64,000 nt of DNA from a virus (lineage: Duplodnaviria; Caudoviricetes): the IMG/VR virus record IMGVR_UViG_3300021400_000103. One strand, written 5' to 3'. The position numbers were made by a program, and so were the translations under genes. Below are positions 38,632 to 49,114 of the stretch, piece by piece. Under the pieces are notes generated by a model, which saw only the letters and a program-made list of their open reading frames with translations, was not told the DNA's origin and searched no databases. Position 1 is the first letter of the stretch, and the number at the start of each line of letters is the position of its first letter.

Positions 38632-39720
38632 TCATAATACATATTTTTCTATGCTCCAATCTTCATCTCTTACCTGGAAGGCGTCACCTATCTCAATAAT
38701 CTCAGGATGATTATGTAAGGCGACTTTAATTGCATACTTGTCAACCTCGGATGCATAATACTTAATATTTGTAAAACCCATTTTCTTCAAGCAGTATAAT
38801 CCCGTTGCGATGCCGTCATACATAGACAATACTTCTAACGGTGTGTCTCTCGGTATGTTTTTGAGTCCTTGCTCCAAAATATATATAATTACATCGGCAG
38901 TCCATCCATTACCAATACCTTTTAACCTTTGAGTATCGCTAACTCCAGGTGCTTTTGTATAATCATCTGGGAGCGTTTGTAATCTCTCCGCTTCGTTAAC
39001 TGTAAGTTTCCTTATTATGTAATGGCCGTCTGGCATATTACACGGGAATCTGCCAACTTTAATATCTATATAACCATCTTTAATATTATAAATTTTCCCT
39101 TTATCAACTACTAATCCTTCCAGCTCTTGTGGTAGCGGAGTGAAATATAATCCAGTTTTAGCACCTTGCCCACCACCGTTAGCTGTGAGATTTATAGATT
39201 TACCATAACAACTATAAACTCTATGGGCTTGAGCGGTAGAACCTATATCTCCTACCCTAACTGGCTCAAACACAATACAAGTCTGATGTTTCTTAAAATA
39301 ATCTCTTGTGGTACCTGCGTGATCAGTACAAAGACAATAAGCTTTTTCTTTTTCGACTACGCTGTTCTCAAGTTGAAGAATATCTTTTAACAAGATTCCT
39401 TTTTCTTGTGGTTGAGGACATTCCCAATTATGACAGTATATCCTTCTGCGTCTTTGAGCAGATAACAAAGCTGAATCTATATGAGTCAGCGGATATCCCA
39501 ACTCTTCTGCTATTTGATCTTTAATTGCTTGTGAAGCCGACTCATTATTCTCATATAAGAAAAAATCTGGTTTAAACTTATCTTTTGCTATCAAGTAATT
39601 TTTAAACAGTTCCCACCCCATTCCTGATGCTTCTGTTTCTCTATTCTTCTTTTGGGCTATTGACCAAAAGGTACATGGGCTGCCTCCAAGTAATATCCTT
39701 AAAGTTTTGTTTTGATTCAA
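38632..39720 (-). CDS. DNA (cytosine-5) methyltransferase, circularly permuted
   Basis: Motif IV GGSPC at the N-terminus, then VI EN, VIII Q.R.R, IX, X GNG, and motifs I-III (SMYDGI.TG, SEVD, GD) at the C-terminus. Confidence 0.9.
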   Translation of the reverse strand: MNQNKTLRILLGGSPCTFWSIAQKKNRETEASGMGWELFKNYLIAKDKFKPDFFLYENNESASQAIKDQIAEELGYPLTHIDSALLSAQRRRRIYCHNWECPQPQEKGILLKDILQLENSVVEKEKAYCLCTDHAGTTRDYFKKHQTCIVFEPVRVGDIGSTAQAHRVYSCYGKSINLTANGGGQGAKTGLYFTPLPQELEGLVVDKGKIYNIKDGYIDIKVGRFPCNMPDGHYIIRKLTVNEAERLQTLPDDYTKAPGVSDTQRLKGIGNGWTADVIIYILEQGLKNIPRDTPLEVLSMYDGIATGLYCLKKMGFTNIKYYASEVDKYAIKVALHNHPEIIEIGDAFQVRDEDWSIEKYVL

Positions 39721-42592
39721 TGTTATTCAGAAGGAAACCATGGTTTAATGTGCGCACAACCTCTTTCCTCCTTACTTAAGTTTTTATTTAATGTACAATA
39801 TTTTGTATTTTAATAACGAATTTTGTAGTTAATCTGCAATATTTGTTACTTTATTGACCTGATGAAAACAAAATTTCATTAGTTCATGAGATCGGCGACA
39901 TCCGCCTTACTCCTCCGCTTCTTCCTTCTTCATATAATATGCTGTCGGACAATCCTTGTTCTTCTTCGGAATCGACAGTCTTCCAAGAATATAACCGTCC
40001 TTCAGCATCTTTTCCAAATGCTCTGCAAATTCCTGCTGTGACTCATACTCAACATTCGTCTGTGTTTTGATGTTCATTGTTTTCGTCCTCCTCGATGATC
40101 ATATTTACTTTATAAAATACAAGGCCAATAAGTGCCAAATATACGGTTAAAAGTAAGTTATTAACATGTGCCATCACAAAATTGAAACGAGTTATTTCAT
40201 TCGTATATATAGATAAAATCAGTCCTGCTATACTCGAAATGAGCATCAGTATTGTCAATATTAATACTATTTTTTGATGTATTGTTTTCATTCGACCACC
40301 TCTTTTTTCTTTCTGGACTTCTTTAGTCGCTCCGCAGCCAATTTCTTCTGTTCGTCCGTCATCACCCTAGACTTGATTTCACCACGGAAGCTAACCAACT
40401 TCTTAGGGCATCTATATATCTTGGAAGCCACACTACCATCAGTGAACTTCTCAATCTTAACCAGTTCCCAATCTTTAGACGACTTAACACGCTTGTCTAA
40501 CTTAGTCATCACTGTGGTGTCAGACGTCCATATCTCTGCATAGATATCTTCTCGTCTATAATTAATCACAGTTTCCTGTTCTTCGAGTCCTACATTCATC
40601 GTGTTCCACCTCCAAAAATCTGACCGAATATACCGCCAAACGCATTATAAATGTCATTATCCCCATACATGTCGCTCGACCTTGCTGGCTCTACTACTTT
40701 GTGTTTCCCATCCGGATTGCGGTATATTTTGTAACCCATACGTTTTAGATCATCACATTCTTTAACATACTTATCTATTTCGAACTCGTACAATCTATCC
40801 AGTTCTGCAACAATCACGTCAGGACGACTCACGATTACCACCTCTTCCTACTCTGCATTTTGTTCTTAACCATTATTACAACTACGATAATTGCAACTAT
40901 TGCTATTGGAATCCATGTAGGTGCCAGCACCCACCACCAAGACCAATTAATAACCTTTGTTAACTTCAGCACGATAAATACTATTGTTAATATGCCAAAG
41001 AAGGAAATATCTATATTCACATTACTCTTCATTGCCAACCTCCCAGTCGTATGCGATTGATTTACAACATTCCAAAATCATATTATTAAGATCATCATAC
41101 GTAAGTCTATGACCACATTCAGCGTAAACACCACGATTAGAATGCTTATACCACCACACTTTTAGATCTTTATAAGTAAAGTTTGGATGACTATTATCAT
41201 TCCAGTCATATGCAGCCACCGAAAATGTTGGGTTGCTATAAGACACTCCAGTATTGTTGAATGGGGATGGCATTTCTTTCTTATGTTTATTAAAGTTAAC
41301 ACGGTCTAACTCAGCCTTTATGGAATCCAGAGCAGCCTGGATTAATCTCGTATCGTTATATCTATATTGAACTACCATTCCAACTCTTCCTCCAATCTCC
41401 ACTCAATTCTCATATTCCGTATTTGATCCATTTAGCCTGTCGCCTTCTTATCTTTTCTACCGTGTCTGAAATGTCGATTACTTCTTGGGTTTTTCCACCA
41501 TCTTTCAAATAACTAACGGTGTAACTGTTTGGAATATGAAATTCGCCGTTTTCATCCGGCTCATCACACAGTTCTTCATCATAGCCTTTCTTAATAACCT
41601 CTATATCATCATTTGGTTTCCACCTTTTCCATCGTTTTACGTAACAGTCAAAACACTCCGGAGTTATCCATGATTTACCAACCATCGGTGCTTCTCGCCC
41701 ACACCAATAGCATACGTTCTGAGAGATGTGCTCATATTTGTTTATGATCCGATGTACCTTGTTAGACGATCCGCCACAATATAGGCGAGCTTGACCGTAT
41801 TTTTCTTTAATCTGAAGTATAGTGAAGTCCTTCTGACCTGATTCATTAATGGCAGCGCCAAGCTCATCCATATACATCTGCCCAAAAGCTTTATCCCATC
41901 CAGGACTCCACCCCCATTCTATCCATGTATAGTCATAGTTTTTGGGGATCTTACCTCGCCAATCTCTCGGCATAAGCCAGTAATACTTTTTAATCAGACG
42001 CTTGTTCCGCATCTGAAGTTTTTTCTTCTGCTTCCTCTTCTTCTTTGTCATGGTTTGTATTCCCCCATTGTTCGTAGTATTTAAACCATCCTAACGCCCA
42101 CAGATCAGCGTAGTATTTTTCAATATCTTTTAATTCCCATCCGTTATAACAAGTAGAATCTACCGTCTGTCCATTTTTATGTGTAAACTGAACCTCTGCC
42201 TCATACCTTGGAGCTGTCTCAAATCCTTTTCTTTCATACCGTGAAAAATCCCATCGATAAATATTAATAAAGTAACGTTTCCCATAATCGTCACTCACAC
42301 ATTTTTGAAACAAATCCGTACAACACTCAATGTATGATGGAGGATCCCATCTTTTATACCCAGCGTCCAACAATTCTTGATTTGTCATATGTGCCCCCCT
42401 ATCCTATATATCTATATTGACAGTTTAGACAGTAGTATCTACGTTTTGGCGGATCTGTGGCAAATATAATTGAACAGTCCACATGGACACCTGCTCCACA
42501 TTTGGGACATATAAACAATTCCTTGTCCTTGTAAATATCAATATTGTCAGCCTCACCACTACTAAAAAACTCTTCTTTTGTTGGCAACTTAT

Positions 42593-43600
42593 TCATATTC
42601 TTATCCTCTCTCCCAATAGTTTTCGAAACACACTTTCTCCCCTATCTGTCGGAGCCATCTTTTCTCCAAGTAAATGATTCTTGTCGGTGATTACACCCAC
42701 CTTTGTAAACCGCCTAAGCATCTGTATCTTTGGATCTCCCACTATTTTCTTGAGTTCTTGATCTGTATCCCATCCAATAATAACCTCGGCAAGTCCGCTT
42801 TTAATTAGTAGCTGAAGCTGACCATCCGATAATGCCGCTGTCTCAGAAGCCACAGTATTCTTAATATTCCAACCCCATGCTTTAATGCAGCTTTTAATCC
42901 CCTCAAAAATAATTACGGATTTCCTGTATTTAATTTCTGAAATTGCTTGCTGATACCCCTGAAAATAGTCAATTGTTCCTATTTTGTCGTAATTAATATA
43001 CTTCTGTAGACCAAGCAACTTATATTCTTTAATCCGTGTTCGTCCTTTAACTCCGATAAATCTGTTATCTGAATCAAGTACCGGATATACGATCCGATTT
43101 GCCGATTTGTCAATCCGAATGTTATAGTGTCGCAAGGCTTCGGGAGTCATATCTTCATCCAACCATTCCTGTGGTAACTCGTCGCTATACTTTTCTATAT
43201 AGTCGGTATTCCAATCCAGAACGTGTCGTTCAACGTGTTGTTTTTTCATACCTGTATTCTGCTTGTGTAGCGTCTTAAAGAACTGCACCGTAGGGGTTTC
43301 AATGTGTGGTTTGAATTCGATACCAAGGATGCTCGCAACTCTCTCAACCGCTTTTCCGAATCCAACATTATCCTTAGTCATGATCCAGTTAAAAATATTC
43401 CCGCCTTCACCACATCCAAAACAATGCCACGTATTTGTGTCCGGGTAAATGCACAACGACGGTGTATCATCCCCCTCATGAAACGGGCATTTTATAAAAT
43501 ACTTGTCGCCCTTGCGATGCAGTTCTTCTGTCTGCTCAATATAGTCAACTAAGCTGATTTTACTTGCTAACTCATTTAATTCCTCCTGGCTATACCGCAT
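42593..43600 (-). CDS. dnaG: DNA primase (CHC2 Zn finger + TOPRIM)
   Basis: CPFH..D.TPS..CFGC; IIFEG; WDTD. Confidence 0.88.
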   Translation of the reverse strand: MRYSQEELNELASKISLVDYIEQTEELHRKGDKYFIKCPFHEGDDTPSLCIYPDTNTWHCFGCGEGGNIFNWIMTKDNVGFGKAVERVASILGIEFKPHIETPTVQFFKTLHKQNTGMKKQHVERHVLDWNTDYIEKYSDELPQEWLDEDMTPEALRHYNIRIDKSANRIVYPVLDSDNRFIGVKGRTRIKEYKLLGLQKYINYDKIGTIDYFQGYQQAISEIKYRKSVIIFEGIKSCIKAWGWNIKNTVASETAALSDGQLQLLIKSGLAEVIIGWDTDQELKKIVGDPKIQMLRRFTKVGVITDKNHLLGEKMAPTDRGESVFRKLLGERIRI

Positions 43601-44409
43601 CGGTTAACCCTCTCTATTTATCAATCTCCCCAACCTACGTTTAATCACTTCATCTGACGGGTAAAATTCATTGAAACACCAGTTAAATGCTTCTATCTCT
43701 GAATACCCCAGCTCTACCATATCTTCCCACCACTCGCGTCTTCTCCACTCCCAACTTGGAGAGTGGATATCTGAGAAATCGGCCTTCTTGCCATCCTTCA
43801 AGATACGTTGCGCAATTTCTAAAAGCGTGTCGTCATTATCTCTCCACCAACTCAGTTCCTTCACGCATATCTCAGGATCAAATTTTTCTTTCTTACGTTT
43901 ACAACGATTGTAATATTTCATGACAGAATCTATTTTATATTTCAAAAACCCCTGCTCTTCACTGTCTATAAACGAAGTCGAACTCAATACTATGCTGTGC
44001 TTACCACAGCTATATGCATGTAATACCATGAGATATGGGTAATACTTCGCTGCATCTTCTATTGTATTAATATTTAGGTCGTGTTCTCGTCCATCTTTGC
44101 CTATTATTTTAATGCAACTATTACGAAGAATCTCTTCTACCTTATTATCTCTTTCGTTATCCGGAACATCTTCTGCGTGTATAGCAAGGTGATCACAAAA
44201 ATCACATTTACCGCTAATGTGATGATCTTTAAACTTCCCCATTCTCCCACTCCTTTCTCGTTTGCCCTTTCATTCGGCGACGAAAGTCTCGACGTGTTTT
44301 ATGTTTCCAAAAATGCCATGCTTTACGGCAATTTTTTACCCAACATGCATATTTACGGTCGAATTTATCTTCATCCGTCATGCGTTTATGGCGATTATCC
44401 TTACTCATG

Positions 44410-45225
44410 TTAACCTCCAACTGGTCGATATATGCAGGAAAGTCGATGGTCACAAAGTATATTACAGAAAAATGACTTTGAATTATCCGGCGCCCACAGA
44501 ACTTCCTGTTCAATCTGATGAATCGTATCTATCGCCCATTGTTTTGTTTCTTCGAGTTTATCCTGTTCAAATGGTAGTTTGAGTGTCTTTTGGTCTCTGA
44601 ACATGTTCCAGGTTAGCCAATCAACCTTTCCATACTCCTCCAAGACAGGAATACTATAGATATATTCCTGCTTTACATAATGATCAAACTGCTGCTGATT
44701 GGATTTAGAAACACTACCATCTTTAAGATATTTGAAACTAGACGATTTTTGATCCAAGATAATAATTTCACCATTTTGTTTATCTCTTAACAGGGCATCT
44801 ATATATCCTTTAAATCTATACTCTCCTACCTTAAAGTGATATTCCTTTTCCACACCCAGCACTTCGTACCTGTCGAAATCAAAAGATATATTATTAAAAT
44901 AATCCAACCCCTGATCATAAGCCTTTTGTCCTAAGTCGGCGTATCTATTCGGCGGAAAATCACATGTCACATAATCTCTGTAATGATCCTGGTACCACTG
45001 AGCTGCAGTAAAGATGTCTAATTCGCCATTTAAAAATAGCTCAATACATTTATGACAAAGTGTTCCAAACTGAGCATACGCATTTTCTTCACCACTTTGT
45101 TTCTCAAGGTACGATAAATACCAAGCATAATTGCATGATCCGTAGGCATTGACCCTACTAAAACTCCACTCCATCTCATCCAACTTTTTTCTTATTTCTT
45201 CTGGTGTTAATTCCCACTCTTGCAT
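44410..45225 (-). CDS. PD-(D/E)XK nuclease (Cas4/AddB-like exonuclease)
   Basis: WSFS..C, FGT..H, G.ID..D.K, C-terminal C..LC....C. Confidence 0.8.
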   Translation of the reverse strand: MQEWELTPEEIRKKLDEMEWSFSRVNAYGSCNYAWYLSYLEKQSGEENAYAQFGTLCHKCIELFLNGELDIFTAAQWYQDHYRDYVTCDFPPNRYADLGQKAYDQGLDYFNNISFDFDRYEVLGVEKEYHFKVGEYRFKGYIDALLRDKQNGEIIILDQKSSSFKYLKDGSVSKSNQQQFDHYVKQEYIYSIPVLEEYGKVDWLTWNMFRDQKTLKLPFEQDKLEETKQWAIDTIHQIEQEVLWAPDNSKSFFCNILCDHRLSCIYRPVGG

Positions 45226-45226
45226 A

Positions 45227-45532
45227 CTAATCCTTCTCCATGTAATTAGGTTTTACAAAATCATAATCCTTTGCTAGCTGTTCTTGGCGTCTATTATATT
45301 CGTCAACCTCGTCGTCAGTGTATGGTCTGGTCTCCGATAAAATGTCAATTTTATTTATGTCACCGCCGACCCTGCAATACTCATGACCGCCGTCAATAAA
45401 GCATCCACGCTTACCGTTTGACTCTTTCCAACACGTACAACACACCCAATCATGCACATGCTTGCTTTCAATGACTTCGCCACAGGTTTTGCATCGGATC
45501 GCATTCCTTATGATTTTTGTTCCTCGCTTCAT
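45227..45532 (-). CDS. Zn-finger hypothetical protein
   Basis: NAIRC..CG.VIES.H.HD..C..IDGG.EY. Confidence 0.55.
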   Translation of the reverse strand: MKRGTKIIRNAIRCKTCGEVIESKHVHDWVCCTCWKESNGKRGCFIDGGHEYCRVGGDINKIDILSETRPYTDDEVDEYNRRQEQLAKDYDFVKPNYMEKD

Positions 45533-45908
45533 CCTACTACCCTTTCGTTGTGTTTCTCTCCTGTATCTTGAATTTATACTCTCTTTCTAATGCAGAGTCT
45601 CCATTGATATAGCGCCACATACTTGGGTTCTTAATCACATTATGACCATCTGTCTCCAGCCAACATTGATGACCGCTATAAAACCCAAGATATAGTCGTC
45701 CGTTTGGATCACGAACCTCTACCCTTACAAAAGGCACAGGCGGTCTGTCGCAACTCTGCCACATTAAACCACCTCCTTGACATCGGGGCAAATCTCGCAC
45801 TCTAAATACACATTGTTATCTCCCTTATCAAGTTCCACCTCATAATATCCATTTCGGATATCTATAACAGTTCCCACTTCATCGGTTAACACATCACGTA
45901 CACGATCA

Positions 45909-47303
45909 TTAATTGTTATCACTGTCATCGCCCTCCTTTTCAAACGGATTATGTTTCACAGGTTGCTTTTCTGCTTCTTGAATTCTCATGCGAGAACCAT
46001 CAGTTGTGATATTGATATACTCATCTTCATCCATCGCTTCTGCGGATCTCGCAAAATCAACATGTAATACATAGTTACCAGCGTCTAAACCACCATCATT
46101 CATTATTTCCTCCGAGGTTTTCATTCTGTATGTTATTCCTGCCGATGCAATATTGTTTAATTTAACACTCTCTGCTATCTGTCCAATACGATTTAACTGT
46201 GCGGCGGCCAACACTGGAATATTAAGACCTCCTGCGATTTCGTTCTTCATAAAATTGGCTTGGATACCAAGAACGTTATAATTTGTTGACATATCCTTTT
46301 CATTGGCTTTGAAGTAATCGTAAACGCCAAACAAATTATCTCCATATCGATACATGAAAACTTTGTACTGATTGTAAATCTCGATTTCACTAAAGTTAGG
46401 AGCAAAGATATGTTTATAGTGACGAGTTTTCAACCAATTTCTAACATCTTTTATTGTTTCTGTTTCTGTTTTTCCAACCCCGCCACGTTTAATGCGATCT
46501 TGTGGTATTCCAGTTAAATTAGCCAACATTCTAATTGTGAATAACTTATTATTCATCTCCGTATCGTGGTATAGAACAGACATATCCATTTTTAACTTAT
46601 GCGTGGTTTCATTTAATAAAATGGTTGATTTACCCTGTTTATAAGCAGCACAAACCATTATCATGTCGCCACGTTCATGTACCACTCCAAGTTTCGTAAG
46701 CGATGGGAAAATAGTCGGAATACCATAGCTGCCATCATCGTTTCTATCCTCAACGATTTGTTCCCACGTATCGTCAATATCGTCCCCATCAGAATGCATA
46801 TCGTCGTCTATGATATATTTCTCAGTGACACCATTAATGTCTTTGTGTAACTTCTTTTCAAGTGTTTTTAGGTCGACTTCTACATTGGTGCAGTCCCTAA
46901 TCAATCCATTCATTGTCCTATACAAATCCCGCTTATACGCCATTGTCAGGACTTCTTTAACAGCCAACATATATTCTTCAACCGTATCCCTGGCTGCAAA
47001 AGACGATAGTTCCATATACTGCTTTATATCGGTTAACCCCTTAGACTCCATTGTCTTTGCTACGGCTTTATTAGATTGAATAACATTGGTAAGATTTAGT
47101 ACATCTATGTTTGTTATTCCGTTTTTATACAACTCCTCAATTGCCCACATCCAACATCCGTTCTCACTGTGGTAAAAATAGGCTGGTTTTAACATCTCGG
47201 AATGAAGAGTAAATTCCGGATGCTTAAGTGCAGTAGCTACCACTGTAGCCTCTGCACTTTCTGACACCATTGTCTCTATTGGATTTGCCATGACTTCCCC
47301 CAT
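45909..47303 (-). CDS. dnaB: Replicative helicase
   Basis: A.YKQGKS Walker A, DTEM, YDY, AAQLNR. Confidence 0.9.
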   Translation of the reverse strand: MGEVMANPIETMVSESAEATVVATALKHPEFTLHSEMLKPAYFYHSENGCWMWAIEELYKNGITNIDVLNLTNVIQSNKAVAKTMESKGLTDIKQYMELSSFAARDTVEEYMLAVKEVLTMAYKRDLYRTMNGLIRDCTNVEVDLKTLEKKLHKDINGVTEKYIIDDDMHSDGDDIDDTWEQIVEDRNDDGSYGIPTIFPSLTKLGVVHERGDMIMVCAAYKQGKSTILLNETTHKLKMDMSVLYHDTEMNNKLFTIRMLANLTGIPQDRIKRGGVGKTETETIKDVRNWLKTRHYKHIFAPNFSEIEIYNQYKVFMYRYGDNLFGVYDYFKANEKDMSTNYNVLGIQANFMKNEIAGGLNIPVLAAAQLNRIGQIAESVKLNNIASAGITYRMKTSEEIMNDGGLDAGNYVLHVDFARSAEAMDEDEYINITTDGSRMRIQEAEKQPVKHNPFEKEGDDSDNN

Positions 47304-47823
47304 TTACTCAAAGAGGTCTGATACCATCCTCTTTCCTGCTGTCTTGTTAATAACTGTGGTTGGCTGATCCACTTCGTTGATTTCAATCCGGTGACTACCA
47401 ACTGCATTTTTTGCCACCTGATGAGTCCATGCTGTTAAAATATCGTGCGAATTGCAAATACGATATAACCCTTGTGGGTATGTAAGTTTCATCTCTGGAT
47501 GCGCTATTGCATAATTAAGGGCGAACATAACGTATTCCGCTGGCTTAATCTCGTTATAAATAATGTCATTTACGATTTTCCTGAGGACAGGAATTTGGGC
47601 GTAATTAACCTGTTCAATAAATTTTGTGATGATATCCTGAATCAGCTCACGATCCTTCGCACACTCTTCGTGATACCACTTCTTTCCAACTCTAATCTTT
47701 GGCTGATTATCGTAGATATATCCGCCACAACTACAGTGTGTCCAACCGCATTTTTGCATTTTAATTCCTTTCTTTTATCTAACCTACGGTTTATAAGTTT
47801 TCGAACGAATGTAGGTTAATTAG

Positions 47824-47894
47824 CAGCCGGTGCAGGTGCTGCCCCTGCGCACCTGGGGTCAAAGCCCAGTTCACTACTGTTATGATAACCGGCC
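47824..47894 (-). tRNA. tRNA-Gln(TTG), non-canonical D/T loops
   Basis: Stems intact; anticodon arm CTGGG-CTTTGAC-CCCAG; T-loop GGCAGCA. Confidence 0.75.
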
Positions 47895-48033
47895 AAAAAT
47901 ATCTTTGTGTGTTGCACCACAACTTGCATAGCAGAGGTTGTGGGAGTAATGTTTTTTACAGAAACTTATTGCACGAAAACTGTATACATTAACTGAGCTA
48001 CTCACTATAGATTTCACTCAATACTGTATATAA

Positions 48034-48121
48034 CAGACATATCAAGAATCGAACTTGAACCTCGGTTTAAACACTTCCGTATGCTGTTAACTTTAATCGA
48101 CTACCATTACACCATATGTCT
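48034..48121 (-). ncRNA. tRNA-like element / pseudo-tRNA
   Basis: Perfect 7-bp acceptor stem AGACATA/TATGTCT and T arm TCAAG-TTCGATT-CTTGA; D-loop insertion; no canonical anticodon arm. Confidence 0.65.
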
Positions 48122-48235
48122 ATATTTTCCGGTTAACCTATACACCGGAAGGTAGAAGATACTATATGTCCATAACATCAGAATACTCGTTGGCTTACCA
48201 TGGACGCCATAGTATAAAGAGTGGTTATGGATTAG

Positions 48236-48308
48236 TCGGAGTGACACGACTTGAACGTGCGCCCTCTTCGGCCCAAACGAAGCGGTCTACCAACTGACCT
48301 ACACCCCG
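48236..48308 (-). tRNA. tRNA-Pro(TGG)
   Basis: Cloverleaf; CTTCG-TTTGGGC-CGAAG. Confidence 0.92.
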
Positions 48309-48313
48309 AAAAT

Positions 48314-48387
48314 TGTGCCTTGGGGGACTCGAACCCGCCGACAACTTGATTAAAAGTCAAGTGCTCTACCACCTGAGCTAAAGGCAC
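48314..48387 (-). tRNA. tRNA-Lys(TTT)
   Basis: Cloverleaf; CTTGA-CTTTTAA-TCAAG. Confidence 0.93.
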
Positions 48388-48391
48388 ATAG

Positions 48392-48465
48392 TGGACACTG
48401 TAGGACTCGAACCTACGACAACTCGGTTATGAGCCGAGGGGTCTAACCAACTGACCTAAGTGTCC
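48392..48465 (-). tRNA. tRNA with CAT anticodon, probably Ile2 (lysidine) rather than Met
   Basis: CTCGG-CTCATAA-CCGAG; GGAC..GTCCA acceptor resembles Firmicute tRNA-Ile2. Confidence 0.85.
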
Positions 48466-48532
48466 TTAATGGCGGTCTCACCTATACTACCGCCAGGGTT
48501 ATGCGAGAGGAGGTTCGCCCTATGGAGGCGAG

Positions 48533-48621
48533 CGGAGAGAATGGGATTTGAACCCATGCGTCAGAGTTACTGACCTGTCGGTTTTCAAGACCGATCCCTT
48601 AAACCACTTGGGTATCTCTCC
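48533..48621 (-). tRNA. tRNA-Ser(TGA)
   Basis: Long variable arm; TCGGT-CTTGAAA-ACCGA. Confidence 0.93.
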
Positions 48622-48657
48622 AAAAGTGGGCGGGAGAGTCGCATTTTTCCCGCCCAT
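48622..48657 (-). terminator. Terminator-like hairpin after ssb
   Basis: tgggcggga...tcccgccca then TTTT on the minus strand. Confidence 0.6.
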
Positions 48658-48676
48658 GGAGGAAGTTAGTTATGAT

Positions 48677-49096
48677 TTACTTGAATGGCAAATCATTCTC
48701 AATCCCTTCCGGGACATCTACAAATGAATTATCCTGTGGAGCTGCGGTATTATTTGATTCCTGTGCTTTCTTTGATTCACAGAATTCAATGTTTTCTGCT
48801 ACAAACTGGAATCCATACACCTTCTGTCCATCTTTGTTTGTATAGTTGTTGTTTTCGACCCGTCCTTCGACGAGAACTTTTGTTCCTCTAGTAAGATACT
48901 TCTGTACAAATTCACCAAGCTTCCCGAGTGCTGTAATACGGAAGAAGTCGGCTGTTGTGGCGTTAGTGTCGTCCTTCTTCTTAAATCTCTTGTCTACAGC
49001 AAGGTTAAAATTTGCAATACATGTGGCATTTTCTCCAGTGCTAAAACGAATTTCCGGGTCATGTGTGAGCCGACCCATAAAAATAATTTTGTTCAT
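48677..49096 (-). CDS. ssb: Single-stranded DNA-binding protein
   Basis: MNK...GRLT.DPE; C-terminal DLPF. Confidence 0.95.
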   Translation of the reverse strand: MNKIIFMGRLTHDPEIRFSTGENATCIANFNLAVDKRFKKKDDTNATTADFFRITALGKLGEFVQKYLTRGTKVLVEGRVENNNYTNKDGQKVYGFQFVAENIEFCESKKAQESNNTAAPQDNSFVDVPEGIENDLPFK

Positions 49097-49114
49097 AAAA
49101 TTCTCCTTTTATTC

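Noticed and set aside
44410-45225. Cas4 / CRISPR adaptation gene
   Set aside because: Context (primase, helicase, Sak4, SSB) indicates a recombination exonuclease; no cas1/cas2 or array.
33312-47303. Inteins or introns in dnaE, primase or dnaB
   Set aside because: Lengths are ordinary and no intein splice motifs or frame breaks were seen.
48466-48532. Theta/HDV-like ribozyme after tRNA-Ser (CCTCCTC loop)
   Set aside because: I could not build the nested P1/P2/P3/P1.1 double pseudoknot starting at the tRNA 3' end.
49095-49112. Exact 18-bp palindrome match ATAAAA-TTCTCC-TTTTAT at the ssb start
   Set aside because: It overlaps the RBS and start codon of a core gene and about one chance hit is expected in the window. 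Not counted as a cassette site, though it would fit the operator hypothesis.
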